Positions 25,944 to 37,426 of a stretch of 64,000 nt of DNA are shown here, piece by piece. The stretch is from the NCBI GenBank assembly GCA_963845755.1, contig CAWJTV010000012.1, positions 138,062 through 202,061 of the forward strand, in the 5' to 3' direction. Source of the stretch: an uncultured Planctomycetota bacterium. GTDB taxonomy: Bacteria > Planctomycetota > Planctomycetia > Isosphaerales > Isosphaeraceae. Each line of letters starts with the position of its first letter. Position 1 is the first letter of the stretch. The translations under genes were made by a program, and so were the position numbers. The notes beneath the pieces are model-generated. The model did no database searches. It saw only the letters and a list, made by a program, of their open reading frames with translations, and was not told the DNA's origin.

Positions 25944-27152
25944 TTAACCGTCGGACCGCCTTCGATGAGGCCATATTGCTTCATACTGTCGAGCGCCAGC
26001 ATCGCTTCCGCGGCATCCTACGTAGCTATCCTCTTCCGCGATCCGCGCCTCGATCTTTTCGATCGCCTCTTCGAGTGTCATCCCTTCGGGCAGGTCGTCA
26101 ACGGGCGTGCCGTCGTCGCACGCCTGCACGAGGCGGTCGCGCACCGCTTCCAGCCCCGCATACCTGATGATCTTCCGAGCGACATCGTCTTGCATCAGCT
26201 CCTTGTTCCTCACCGCGATCGCCCGCGCAAGCTCATCGCCGCCTTGGGGCAAGCCCAGTTGTGCCACGGCTTCCGCAACCCGTCGGCACAGGGAGAGGAT
26301 GGCCCCCGGCTCGAGCCCCGTATGCCGCTGAATTTCATCATCAGACACGCCCGGCTCCGCCAGGTACATCTGGTGAATAAGGTAGAACCACTGGCGCACC
26401 GGAACGGGCGAATCCTCGAAGAGCACGCCGGTCGTGACGGCGTACGACTTTCCGCACGCCGGGCAGGCGACCTCAGCCGGCGGATCGTCTCCTGCCTCCG
26501 CCCCGCAGTAGGGGTAGGCCGGGCCGTCCGGCCACCGCACCCATTCCAGCAGCCAAAGCGCCACCGCCTCTTCGGCGAATATTCTGCGAAGCGTCTCCTC
26601 TTCCATGTTGCCGAGCATGGCGAGGAGGTCAAGCAGCGGAAAGCCCGTCGCAGCGGCCTCGTTACTACCGGCAGGCTCATTGCCGGGCAACCCTTTGGCC
26701 GCCCGCCGGACGGCGTCCAGCGGTGCCTCGCAAGGATTCTCCGCGAGAATTCCCGCGGCAATCAAATGGCGGAACGCGGCACGCAGACCCGTCAGGTAAG
26801 TAGCCGTCGAATGGGGTGACATCCTGGCGCTGAGTTCGGCGGCGTAGGCGGAAACATCCGCAGGGCTGATCGATTCCAGGGCCAGCCCGTGAACTTCAGC
26901 CCAACGGAAGAATCGCCCTGCCTGCTGCCGGTAGAGATTGCGCGTAGCCCCGCTCCAATCCGGCTGATTCAGGAACGCGAGGTACGCCGCCACTGCCCCC
27001 TCCCCGGCGGCGCGCACCGATTCGGGCACGTTCCTAGGCATGCTGGTTTCGGGCCGGATGGCCGTCGGCCCCGGGTCGAACGGCATACACCCCACGGGCA
27101 TGTCATCGCCGGGAGAGCGCAGGGGAGCGGTGTGTTGGATTTCCTCGGGCAT
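25944..27152 (-). CDS. Integrase N-terminal SAM-like domain fused to an IS1595-like Zn-ribbon/HTH region
   Basis: ATRNLY...RFFRW...YLTGLRAAFRHL...ENP followed by VRWPDGP...CPACGKSYAVTTGVLFEDSPVPVRQW. Confidence 0.65.
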   Translation of the reverse strand: MPEEIQHTAPLRSPGDDMPVGCMPFDPGPTAIRPETSMPRNVPESVRAAGEGAVAAYLAFLNQPDWSGATRNLYRQQAGRFFRWAEVHGLALESISPADVSAYAAELSARMSPHSTATYLTGLRAAFRHLIAAGILAENPCEAPLDAVRRAAKGLPGNEPAGSNEAAATGFPLLDLLAMLGNMEEETLRRIFAEEAVALWLLEWVRWPDGPAYPYCGAEAGDDPPAEVACPACGKSYAVTTGVLFEDSPVPVRQWFYLIHQMYLAEPGVSDDEIQRHTGLEPGAILSLCRRVAEAVAQLGLPQGGDELARAIAVRNKELMQDDVARKIIRYAGLEAVRDRLVQACDDGTPVDDLPEGMTLEEAIEKIEARIAEEDSYVGCRGSDAGARQYEAIWPHRRRSDG

Positions 27153-27167
27153 TTCCTTCTCCTTCGC

Positions 27168-27594
27168 TCAGTGGCGCTCGCAGCCACGCAGCAGCGCAAC
27201 GCGGCCATACAGCGGGCTGGCCCGCTTCTGAAACGTCCCGTCTGCCGTGACCAGCTCGGCATCGAGCTTGCGCCGCGGCGAGGTACAGACAGTCCTGCAA
27301 GTTGTGCTTGATCTCCAGCGAGAGATTCAGCGCTTCATCCAGCAGATCCGCCTCCGGGACCAGCGTGATGGCCCCGATTCCAAGATGGCGCAGCCAGTTC
27401 CGGCACCGTGCTTGGGTTTCTTCCTGCCCCGCCTCGCCCGTCCGCACACAGCGAGTGACGGCGGCTAGGACCTCCAGCCGGATGAGGTCGGGGGCGAACA
27501 GCCGGCCTGGGCTGTCCATCAACTCCAGCGCGGCTTCCGTGCTGATCTCCGGCAGATACCATTTCGCGGCGACATTGGCGTCTACCACGATCAT
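27168..27594 (-). CDS. vapC: PIN-domain toxin (VapC-like), frameshift near 27275
   Basis: MIVVDANVAAKW, APDLIRLEV, QDCLYLA, then LVTAD in the shifted frame. Confidence 0.85.
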
Positions 27595-27750
27595 CCGCGC
27601 CGATCCCTGTCCTCACGGATCACCTTGGCGCTGTCGGAAAACGTCCCGTATTTCGCGCGGAGTTCATCCAAGCCGGCCCGTAGCTCTTGGGCGATCGCGC
27701 GCTTCTTCGCCCGCGCCGCGTAAGCGTTCACGCCTCGGTACAGCGTTTTT
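27591..27750 (-). CDS. Putative antitoxin, N-terminus uncertain
   Basis: ...LDELRAKYGTFSDSAKVIREDRDRRG with ATGA overlap onto the PIN gene. Confidence 0.6.
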
Positions 27751-28205
27751 CCGGAAAGGTGTCCAACGAGCTGGGGGGAACTTTGAGCGAGGCGGAGGGA
27801 CCACGGCGATGGGCCCGATCTCGAGTTTGACCGCGAGGAAGTTGTCGAAGCATTACCCGCAGGGGTGTTAATAGCGGAAGAGGTCGCCGGTGCCGTGCTC
27901 CGCGACATGGTAGTGAGCAGCAGCCCCGACAGCGAAATCCTCTCCGCGGCGGCCGGCCTCCCGCCCGAGGTCCTTCGTGCACTACTCGGCCTACTCCGCG
28001 ATGTCCGGGGTGCCAGCTTCAGGTGGATGCAGCTTCGGTTAGGCGCGAGCCCGTCAGCCCCGGATTCCCTCGATCCGGCGGGCTTGCGCCGGGTGTGCGA
28101 ACTACTGGACCGCACGCATCCCGAGCGGGGTGCTCAAGGCGATCGGGGAGAGTGACGGCACCGGTTGACCATGTCGGTGGGCCCGATGGCACTGGGATAG
28201 TATTT

Positions 28206-28276
28206 GTGGGGTCCGCTGTGCGGACCGTCCGTCGCCGGGCCCTCGGATCGAAGACGGTCCGCACAGCGGACCCTAC
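28206..28276. repeat. GTAG-type REP doublet (REPIN-like)
   Basis: GTGGGGTCCGCTGTGCGGACCGTC ... GACGGTCCGCACAGCGGACCCTAC inverted pair, each internally palindromic. Confidence 0.75.
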
Positions 28277-28525
28277 AAAGCAAGGCAAAGCGGCGCCTCG
28301 AACACGCGAAACACGTACCCCAATCGGGAATCGGGCATCGTCCCATTGACCATGCGTTCCTCAACAGGAGAGCGGGGAGCCGACCGCGAGGCTCGGTTCA
28401 CGGACGCCCGAGCCGGAGGCAGCGCCCGACTTGCCCTTGAGGAAGGTATTCGGGGCGGTTATCCTGAAGGCCTTCGACAAACGTCGAAGCCCCGGTTCGA
28501 GAGATGAACCCCTGGGAGGCGAACG

Positions 28526-29734
28526 ATGAGGCTGATGTTACTCTCAACGGTCCTGGCGGGCGGAACCCTGGCATTCGCAGGGCCGTCCGAGTTCCAGCCG
28601 CCGGTGAGGCTCAAGGCGGCCGGCGTGCCGGTGCGGGTCGACGAGCCGGGCTGGGCATGCCCGTGCTGGGCCGACATTGATGGCGACGGCAAGAAGGACC
28701 TGCTCGTCGGGCAGTACCGCGATGGGAAGATCCGCGTCTACAGGAACCTCGGGGACGGAAAGCTCGCGCCGGGCGAGTGGCTGAAGGCCGACGGCGCTGT
28801 GGCCGAGATCCCGGGCGTGTGGTGATGCACCACCTCCACTCCACAGTTTGTGGACCTCGACTGCGACGGCCGGCGCGACATCCTCTCCGGCTCCTATTCC
28901 CGCAGGGGAAACGACCACATGGCGGGCCTGTTCCAGGTCCTGTACGGCAAGCCGGACGGGACGTTCCGCAAGGCTGAGGTGCTGAAGGGCACCGACGGCG
29001 AGCCGCTGATCATCCCCGTCCGGAGCAAGCCCGGCAAAGGGGACGACTGGGCCAATGGTATCTGCACCCGGCCGTTCGCGGTCAACTGGGACGGTGACGG
29101 CCACCTCGACCTGGTCGTCGGCACTCTCCCCGGCTTGTTCTACCTGTTCAAGGGTCAGGGGCACGGCAAGTTCCTCCCCAAGCCGGAGGAGATGAAGGCC
29201 GGCGACCGGCCGCTGAAGTTCGAGGGCTATCACGGCGACCCGTTCGTGGTCGACTGGGACGGCGACGGCGACCTTGACATCCTCAGCGGGTCGGACGAGG
29301 GGGGCGTGCAATGGGCCGAGAATCGCGCCGGGCCGGGCAAGCCGCCCCGCCTTGAGCCGTTCCGAATGCTGATCGAGCACGGCCCCAAGATCGAGTACGG
29401 CCAGATCCTGCAAGATGCGGACCTCAAGGGGCCGCTGGGCGACACGCGCATCTGGGTTAACGACGTCAATTCCGACGGGAAGCTCGATATCCTGGTCGGC
29501 GACCTGGCGCCGCTGATCTCCCCCGCCGACGGCCTGAGCGAGGAGGAGTTCAAGACGCGGTTCGCCGAATGGACGAAGGCGCTTGGCGAGGCGGGCGAAA
29601 AGATGCAGGCGGCGAGGAACGACAAGGAGAAGCGGCAGGAGGCGCAGCAGCGCTACGTGCAACTCTACGAGCAGCGGCTGCAGTTCATGAAGGAGGACCG
29701 GACGGGCTTCATCTGGCTATACCTCCGCAAGTGA
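28526..29734 (+). CDS. Secreted FG-GAP/VCBS repeat protein with in-frame UGA (candidate selenoprotein, 402 aa)
   Basis: ORFs 28526-28825 and 28850-29734 share one frame and are separated only by TGA 28823-28825; DxDGDGxxDLLVG repeats on both sides; signal peptide. Confidence 0.8.
28840..28854 (+). promoter_or_regulatory. Putative bacterial SECIS hairpin
   Basis: TCCACA-GTT-TGTGGA; G-first loop begins 20 nt after the UGA. Confidence 0.65.
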
Positions 29735-29861
29735 CCGTGCTTTCTCTCGTTGGCGAATTGGCAGGGCCCGGCATGACCTCGGTTGTGGCGGGGCCGGTCA
29801 TGCTTTCGCCGTCTCCGTTCACGGGGAAGACGCCCCTACGACCATCCTGCAAGTGCTCCAC

Positions 29862-31383
29862 GTAGCCGGTCACAGGGCGGCAAAGTTGGAATCAGGTGGC
29901 TTTGATTTCCGCTTGAGCGACCGGCAGGAGGGAGGGGATCGCTTGGCCGTTCCGAGCCGCTTGGAAACACGAACTCAGATAGTCGAGGACGTTGCGTCCT
30001 TGCTGCCGGCACGTGGCGACCACTGTAAACATCCGCTCGACGAACCGGCTCCCCGCCTTGCTATCGGTTCCCCCGCTGATCCGACGCCAGATCACCGCGT
30101 GACGCACGGCGCGCTCCGCCGCATTGTTCGTCGGCTCCACGCCGGGGAACCACACGAAGTTCCAGAGACCTTCTTCCACTCGGAGGATCTCCGCGCAGGT
30201 TCCCGCCGTCATGGCGCACCGGCACACCGTGCCGTCCTCCAACGCACGGCGAACCGCGGGTCGGAGCCGGAGAATCGATTCCCGCATGCAATCGTACTCC
30301 AGGGTGCCGTCCCGCGCCCGCGCCAGAAACCGAAAACCCGGTCCGACAGCCTCATTAGCCGCCGTCCGATCACCCCCGCCTCGCCACCCCGGTCGATCAT
30401 CGCCTGGAAGTCACGGCGGAGATGACTCCAGCAGATCTGCCGCCAGAACGCCCAGATCCAGTTGTACGCGCTGAACCGATCGCTGCCGACGACCTGATCT
30501 TCCTTGTCCCCCAACACAGTCCGAGCGACCTTGCCAGAGCGAGCCGCGGCGATGGTAAAGACCGTGGCCATCGCGGTCACCGTCACCCACAGCCAGGCCT
30601 TGCGTCGGTTCTCGCGCCACCCCGTCTCATCGATGTTGACGACCTCAGCCTGATGGACCGCGTCGGCCAATTCCTGATAAGGCGCTGCCAACGCCAGAGC
30701 CGACTGCTGCTCCAACTTGGAGATCATCCCGGTGGAGATCGACAGGCCAAACAGGTCGGCGGAGAGTTGCTGGATCTGCCGCTTGCTGAGACGGTAGGCA
30801 CCCGCCAAGGTCGCCAAGACGGCCTGCAGAGAGAGGCCAAAGCTCCCGGTGGGAACACCCTCGGGCAGAGTGCCGCAGGTGGTCACTCCACAGTCCGGGC
30901 AGGTGAGGCGATGCAACCGGTATTGGTTGACGACTGGCTCAATCTTGGGCAGGTCGGCGACCTGATGGATCAAGGGCGTCGGATCTTCGCCGTGCAAGTC
31001 GTGGCCGCACCGCCGGCAGGAACGGGGCTTGCAATCGCGGCACGACCGGAGTTTCTCGGGCGGGACCAACGTGCGGAACGCCTTGGGATGGCCGGGTTGT
31101 GCGCCGCGGCTTCGTCCGGAGGGCGGAGCCGGAGGCTTGCGCTTCAGTCCGATGGGATCGGTGGAGGGCGGCTTGGACGAGTTGGTGGAGTTCTGGTTAA
31201 GCCGGCGCTCGAGCTCGGCGATCCGTTGGTAGAGGGAGTTCAAGAGGGCCAGTAGCGCGGCTTGGGCCTCGGGCGGAACAGTGTCCCAGAGAGGCTCAGG
31301 AATCGGAGGCTTCGACAGTGGAGGGATCATGCCAAGAATACTACGAACTTGCTGAACAAAAGGTTCGGACCGTGAACGGGCAC
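29862..31383 (-). mobile_element. IS66 family element, single-ORF type (transposase 29892-31330, frameshifted)
   Basis: Ends GTAGCCGGTCAC / GTGCCCGTTCAC; NSTNSSKPPS, IDETGW, SDRFSAY, CWSHLRRDF, EPTNNAAER. Confidence 0.9.
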
Positions 31384-31420
31384 CTTTCCATAATGGTCCT
31401 TATAGAAGGTTCGTCGTTAT

Positions 31421-32095
31421 CTGTACTTTCCGCGATTCTCTTCACTCTGATGCAGCCAGGTTGCGTAGGCGCCCGGCGGCGGCCTGGATTTCGGCGTGGG
31501 TGGCCTCAGGGCGGAGAACCGCCTGAATCTCCTCGGCCAGTGATTCCCGGCGCCACGGCCGACGCTTATCCGCAGGGCTCGGGCGACGATTCGGGTGGTC
31601 CCACGGCGATGTCTGGGGGCCCACCAACTCCTCCACCGACCGCCTCCAGGCCGAAGCCTTGGTCATCGTGAAGGTCCAGAGGCAGACCTGGAACGCGCCG
31701 ATGTTCGCCCAGAAGGACCGCACCGGCTGCTGGCCGACCCCGACGACTTCCTTGCAATCGCGGAAGGCCGTCTCCAGGGCGAACCGGTCTCCGGCGGTCG
31801 TCAGGATCTCCGCGACGGTCGCCGACGGCTCGGTGCAGAAGAACGCCACCCAACCCGTCGGCTCACCCACCAGTACCACTCGGATCACCCCGCTGGCCGG
31901 CTGCCACGTCGCCAGGAACGTCTTGTACCGCTTGACCGTCGCCTCGCCGTACAGGATGAACAGGCCGGTGGTCCACCCGCGACGTTGTCCCGACCGCTTG
32001 GCCAGGTCGATGCGGTGCTCGCCTTAGCTCCGTGGCCGGCCGTGCCGCCCCTTCCCCCGGCTCGTCAACCTGGCCGCCAAAGACGCCCTGGAGCC
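31421..32095 (-). pseudogene. IS701 family transposase 3' remnant
   Basis: GEHRIDLAKR, KTFLATW, IRVVLV, RFALETAFRDCKEVVGVGQQ; internal stops; CTGTACTTT terminus at 31421. Confidence 0.75.
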
Positions 32096-32445
32096 CCTCA
32101 AGCCACGGTGGCGGGCGGACCATGGGGTTGCGAGAGCGAGCCGGCGCTGACACACTCGATGGGTCCAGGCGTGATGGCCCCTCGTTGAGGAGGGTCGTAT
32201 GGCTGACGAATCGAGTCACGGCGTTGGCGTCGGCTCGCGAATCCTCGTCGTCGATGACAACGTGGACTCGGCCGAGACCATGGCGAGGCTGTCGGAACTC
32301 TCGGGCCACGAGGTCCAGATCGCCCACGATGGTCCGCAAGCGATCGCGGCAGCCCGGCGATGGCGCCCGGAATTCGTCCTGCTGGACATCGGCCTGCCGG
32401 CGATGGATGGCTATGAGGTGGCCAGGCGGCTCCGGCAAGAAGCGG

Positions 32446-35400
32446 CGGTGTGCGTCACATTAGTTGGTGGTACAGGCGATCAGTTGTGCGAGAAATCGCG
32501 GCTCCAGAAGGCTTCCCATTGGCCTTTTTCGCTGCGGTAGAGCGCGCGGAGGTGGCAAACGGCATTGGCTCCGTCCTCGCCCCAACGCATGCCGGCCAAC
32601 TTCAGTCGTTGGCCCACGACCGTTTTGCACGCGCGCTCCACCGCGCCACTGCCGATGCACCAGCCGTGGGCCAAGTATTCGGGGTACTCCATCCGATGCG
32701 CGTTCCGCTGGAGGTAACCGACCAGTTCGTCGACGGCCTCGCTCAGGCCCACCCGGCGCGGCCAGTCCCCTTCGCGCAGGACCGCCGCCAGAACCGCGCC
32801 CCCTTCCTCCTTCAGGAGATGACACCATTGCCGCGCTTGATCCTCGGATTGGTCCTCGTCCTGAGGGTAAAGCAGCCGTGCCAGTCCGGTGAGCTTCTCC
32901 GCGGGGTGAAAGAAGTCAAGGATGATCACTTCCACTCGCGGGAAGTTCTCCCGCAGCCGGTCCTCCAGCCCATTGCCGCCGTCGGAGAGCCCGATCCAAC
33001 GATCGGCCCGATCCATGCCGACGTGCCCGGCCGGCGTGCGGAGCAGCGGACCGAAGTCTTCCAAGGAGTACATCCCCGAGAGGTAACGCGCCTGCATCGG
33101 CAACGGCTTCTCGTCCGGCCACGGCCATTCGGGACTGGGGTTGCAGACCATCCCCACGTAGGCCATCCGGCCCTCGGCGGCGCCGCCGGCCTGGCCTTGC
33201 TGCCGGACGCCAGTGGCGTCGAGTTCGACGTAGGCACATCGGCGGCCGTCGTAGTCCTTGTGCCAGGGCCAATCCCCCTTGGGACCCAGCGCCACACCGG
33301 CCTGCACGACGTCCGCTAGCCGTTGACCCGCGCCTTCGGTGGTTCGTTCGACCGTGGATTCCCCGAGCCGAACGCCGGCCATCTCTTCGAGCAGTTCGCC
33401 CCCCTTCTCGAAACTGTCGGCGACCGTCCCGGCCAAGGTCGTGACCCGCTCCAAAGCGGGTGTCAGCTTCCGTGCCGTCAAGCCCGCCGCCTCATCGAAC
33501 GGGAAGCTCCCCTGGCCACAGCACCGGCAGAGATAATAGGCGCGCTGGTAGGGGACAGGACCGACAAGGCTCAGAGGGGTAGGGGCGCGGTGCGAGTGGA
33601 ATTCGGCGGTCATCCCACAGTGGGGGCAGGTCACACTGGAGCCGTGGTATCCGTTTTTTTCTAGGCTGGCAAAGTTAGCTGGAGGCAGCGGTGCTCCAAG
33701 TCCTTGAGATAGGCCTCGGGATTGTGACGGAACCGGCGTTGCTTCCGCCGCGATTCCCGTCGCACCTCCAACTCCGCGCGCCATTCCTGCCAGTCCTCAA
33801 CATAGCCCGGGCTCAACACCAAGCCTTCGTCCGGCCGCAGCCGCGTCGCCAGCCCCGAGATCACCCGCGCCGAGCCCATCACCACCAGGCCCGGCGACCC
33901 CCGACGCCGACCGCTGGCCCGGCGCTCGTGGTAGCGATGACTGCCGAAGGTGTGCTCCAGGTCGTTATTCGTCCGCGGCAGATCCGACGACTCGTAGCAG
34001 GCAAACAAGCCCGGCCAGTAGCTCCGGGTCACCTTCACGAACTGCTTCAAACCCGCCCGCACCGCGGGCTCGTCCGTCGTCGCCACCGCCCGGCGCATTC
34101 GCGCCAGCAGTTGCACCAGCCGCCGTCGCACCTTCTTCGCCGGCAGCCCCTCCTCGTTCTTGAGGATCCGGGCGGCGCGCTTGACCCATTGGTACGACTC
34201 GCGCACCGCCGGGAACAGCGCGGCCGTCTCCTCCAGCCCGCGCCGCAGCAATTGCCTCAGCCGTTTCAAACCCCCGGGCAGGTCGCCCGCCTTGGCGACG
34301 ACATCGTCCAAGCTGGCGGCAATCCGGCTCAATCGATCCTGCCGCTTCAGCCCGGAGGCCGAAAGCGGTGGCAGTCCGTCGTCGGTCAAGGCCCCGCGCA
34401 CCGCGGCGCAGTAGTCCCGCACCACCTCCGCCTCCGCGTCCTCCGCGTCGTCCTCCAGCTCCTTCTCCGCCTGGCGCTCGATCTTCCGGATGCCCCGCAC
34501 CCGCTTCTTCAACTCCTTCTTGGCGTGGCGATCCGCCTCGTAGATCGGCTTGGCCGCCTCGCGGAAGTAGTGGAAATGGCAGAGCTGATGGGGGACACCT
34601 TTGAGGGCGATAGCCACGGCGTTGCGGATGCTCTCCTGACCGTCGGAGACCACGCCGGTGATCGGCACCGGCAGGACCTTCCGCACCTGGTCGATCAGGC
34701 CGGCCAGGTCCTGGGCCGTGGACGACAGCAGGCTCTTGGCCAGGAGGATCTCGCCGGAGAGGCAGTCGCGCAGCACCCAGAGGACCTCGTGGCCGACATC
34801 CGGCTGCAGGCCGTCGATGGCCAGGATGACGCGGCCCTGCGGGCGCAACAGCGGACCGAGTCGCTGGGGATCGGCCGTGGCCAGGGACCGCAGCTCGTCG
34901 TAGCGGTCCAACAGGTTGGTGACGGTGCGTTCGGCCAGGATGAGCCCGCGGTGCGTGAGCTCGCGGTGGATCTCGGGGATGCTGCGGTGCTCGGCATAGC
35001 GGAGCCGGCCGACCAGCGCCATGACGTCGAGTCCGAACTCATGATAAGGCAAGGCGAAGTGGGGCTCGGCCTCGGGCCGATAGGGGCGGAGGAAGCGGGG
35101 GCAGGTGGGATTGGGGCAGCGTCGGATGGTCAGGGTCAGTCGGAAGACGCCGTCGAGAGTACTGATGGTGCGATAGTTATTGTAGTCGGCATAGGTCCGG
35201 TGCTGGCATTCGGGGCAGTCAAGAAGGACCGGCGTCAGGGTCAGGGCCCGGTCCGGTTGCGGGCGTGGTCGTTGTCGTCGTTTGCGCATGGGTGGATTCC
35301 TCCCGGGGTTCGATCTCCTCTTTCTACGCTCCCGGAGGGCTTTCCAGCCACTTTTGCCAGCCTAGTTTTTTTTGCGCCAGTCGCTGTGCGAGGGCCTTGG

Positions 35401-35673
35401 CGGCAATCTTGTGGGCGAGGGCGCGAATCCGGAATTCGTTGTCGCCGAAGACGTGGGCATCGTCGGTGGTGGCGAGGGTGGCAGCGAGTTCGCCGATCTC
35501 GGCGTCGACGGCCTCATGGATGGCTCGGGCGAGGTCATCGATCTCGGCCTGCTTCTCGGCTGACAAGGGAGCGGCTGGCATGACAGACTCCGTTTCCTGG
35601 CGCAATTCTCCTCAACAACGTCCGCAATCCCTCTTGTGTACAAAAAATCCACCAACTTTCAAGACGCCCACCG
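32446..35673 (-). mobile_element. ISKra4 family element, itself interrupted by a second IS
   Basis: IRs CGGTG(T/G)GCGTC; 9-bp duplication AAGAAGCGG (32437-32445, 35674-35682); ORF1 ends LAQKK; ORF2 NGYHGSSVTCPHC, LDATG, SDGG, LDFFH, IGSGAVERACK. Confidence 0.92.
33661..35365 (-). mobile_element. Poly(A)-targeting IS, copy 2 (transposase 33661-35289)
   Basis: Near-identical to 17303-19013; IR CTAGGCTGGCAAA; flanked by T7 (33654-33660) and T8 (35366-35373). Confidence 0.92.
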
Positions 35674-36080
35674 AAGAAGCGGGGTGCCAGGACGCCATCA
35701 TCATCGCGGTGACGGGCTACGGTCAGCCGGAGGACCTCCAACGGACGAGGGCCGCCGGCATCGATCGTCACCTGCTCAAGCCGGTCGACCCGGGTGTACT
35801 GCAGTCGCTGCTGTCGCGAGCCGGGGCGGCCTCTGGGGCAGAAGGATGCTCGCCGGGACGTCCTGATTCCTCCACTGCGGACTCCGGACCGGCGTCCTCG
35901 CCCGGCGAAGGCTGAGGCGTCGTGGACTGCGGTCGCTCGATCACCGGCCCTCCCCCTTCGGCTTGGGGGAATAAGTGGCAGAGGGCGCAGAGGGATCGGG
36001 TTCGCTCGAGGATGGATACGAGCATCCGGCCACAGCGGGAGCACTTCATCGGCATCGTCCCTGAGTTGGCTCATCCCGAG

Positions 36081-36323
36081 TCATGTGCCGTCGCCCGGCG
36101 GCTTGTCTTCCGGACAGAGGGTCAGTTCGAGGGCGTCGGCAAGCTTATCCACCGTGGCCAGATTCAACCCACGTTCGTCGTTGAGGAATCGCTGCACGGC
36201 GTCCACCGAGACTCCCGCCCGCTTCGCGGCGGCGTAGGCGGTCATATCCCGTTCGCCGAGGGTCTGGCGTAAAGGCCGTCCGATAGGCCCATTCCCATGG
36301 CGCCGCTTCTTGGTTCTCGGCAT
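36081..36323 (-). CDS. XRE-like helix-turn-helix regulator
   Basis: TAYAAAKRAGVSVDAVQRFLNDERGLNLATVDKLADALEL; GGAG RBS. Confidence 0.8.
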   Translation of the reverse strand: MPRTKKRRHGNGPIGRPLRQTLGERDMTAYAAAKRAGVSVDAVQRFLNDERGLNLATVDKLADALELTLCPEDKPPGDGT

Positions 36324-37058
36324 GACCTGGATCACTCCGATGCATGATGGGTACCGCCTTCTTGATCCCCGTAGGAAGCTTGCAACGATCATGCCAATTG
36401 GCGTATCCGCCATGTGGCGAGTGGAGTCGTCCGCATCGCGATCCGACGAAGATTCGCTTCTGCAACCGACGCAACGATTCCGCCTCGCACTGAACGCCCC
36501 ATTGTCTGGCACACCGGACGGGGCCGGCAAGACGGCGAGGCAGGCTTGTCGGCGAGGCCGTCTTGAGGGCGGAGTTCGGCCTTCGTACCGGTGCCGGAGA
36601 GCCGTACAACCCCATCAGCCGGCGTGACTCGCTCCGGTGTACAGCCCCGGCATCAGCCACCTGGTAGAGCCGCCATGTTCCGGCTCAGCCGAAGGCATCG
36701 ACGAGCCAGCCGAGTGCGTCGGCCAAGAAGCAGGCCGCAGGCCGTGAAGAACCAGGTAAGATCGATCCGGCCGGTCCCGGTTGATACCGGGGGATCAGCA
36801 TCGAACTGCCGCCTAACGTTAGGCGGGACATATGCCCGGATCCTCCGGCCGGTGCGACAAGAAACGGCCCAGGGTCCCGCTCGACGGGCCGGTGCCGGCC
36901 TCGATCGAGCGTGCCGGCGTCGAGGACGACCGGTAGTCACCCCGCTTCCGGCCGACGACACCGGACGCGGGGCTGCGTAGGCAAGTGAATCGGGGAGAAA
37001 CGGGTCTCCCACTTTTCGCCCCGGTGGAGTCATCCCGGCCACTCTGCGAGCCATGGCT

Positions 37059-37314
37059 CATGGCGACCGGCAAACCCATCCTCAGAACAAACCCGGGCCG
37101 CGAGCCGGCCGCCAGGGCCCCGATGCGCTCGCTCATCGCCCGGGAGATGCAGGACATCCGCCTGGTCAACGGGTCGGAGGAGCTATACACCCTCTCATCC
37201 GAAGCGGACGAGCAGCTCAACGTGGCCGGCGATCCGACGGCCCGCACGGTCGTCCAGGGATTCCGCGATCGCCGCGCGGGAATGTCGCGGAAACAGCAGG
37301 GTCTACCGCCGTAG
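37059..37314 (+). pseudogene. Possible sulfatase C-terminal remnant
   Basis: GSEELYTLSSEADEQLNVAGDP resembles the ELYDL..DP.E..NLA tail. Confidence 0.4.
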
Positions 37315-37426
37315 GATCGTGGCGCCGGCGATCGTCTGGAAACGGAGGGGAAACCGCGACGTGATGCGGACAGCGGGGGACTGGACCAGATCTTGTGCGC
37401 AGGCCACCTTTTCTTGTTCGGGCCTC

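Larger units (their letters stand above)
32199..35915 (+). pseudogene. Response regulator receiver gene split by ISKra4 (halves 32199-32445 and 35674-35915)
   Basis: ILVVDDN...LLDIGLPAMDGYEVARRLRQEA joins in frame to GCQDAIIIAVTGYG...HLLKPVD when the IS and one 9-bp repeat are removed. Confidence 0.9.

Noticed and set aside
25623..26010. Complete group II intron, retron or DGR
   Set aside because: No reverse transcriptase ORF or template/variable repeat pair is visible in the window.
33691..35583. Long antisense ORFs (also 17430-18983, 46377-47960, 60295-62514)
   Set aside because: Shadow frames of GC-rich genes on the opposite strand; no motifs.
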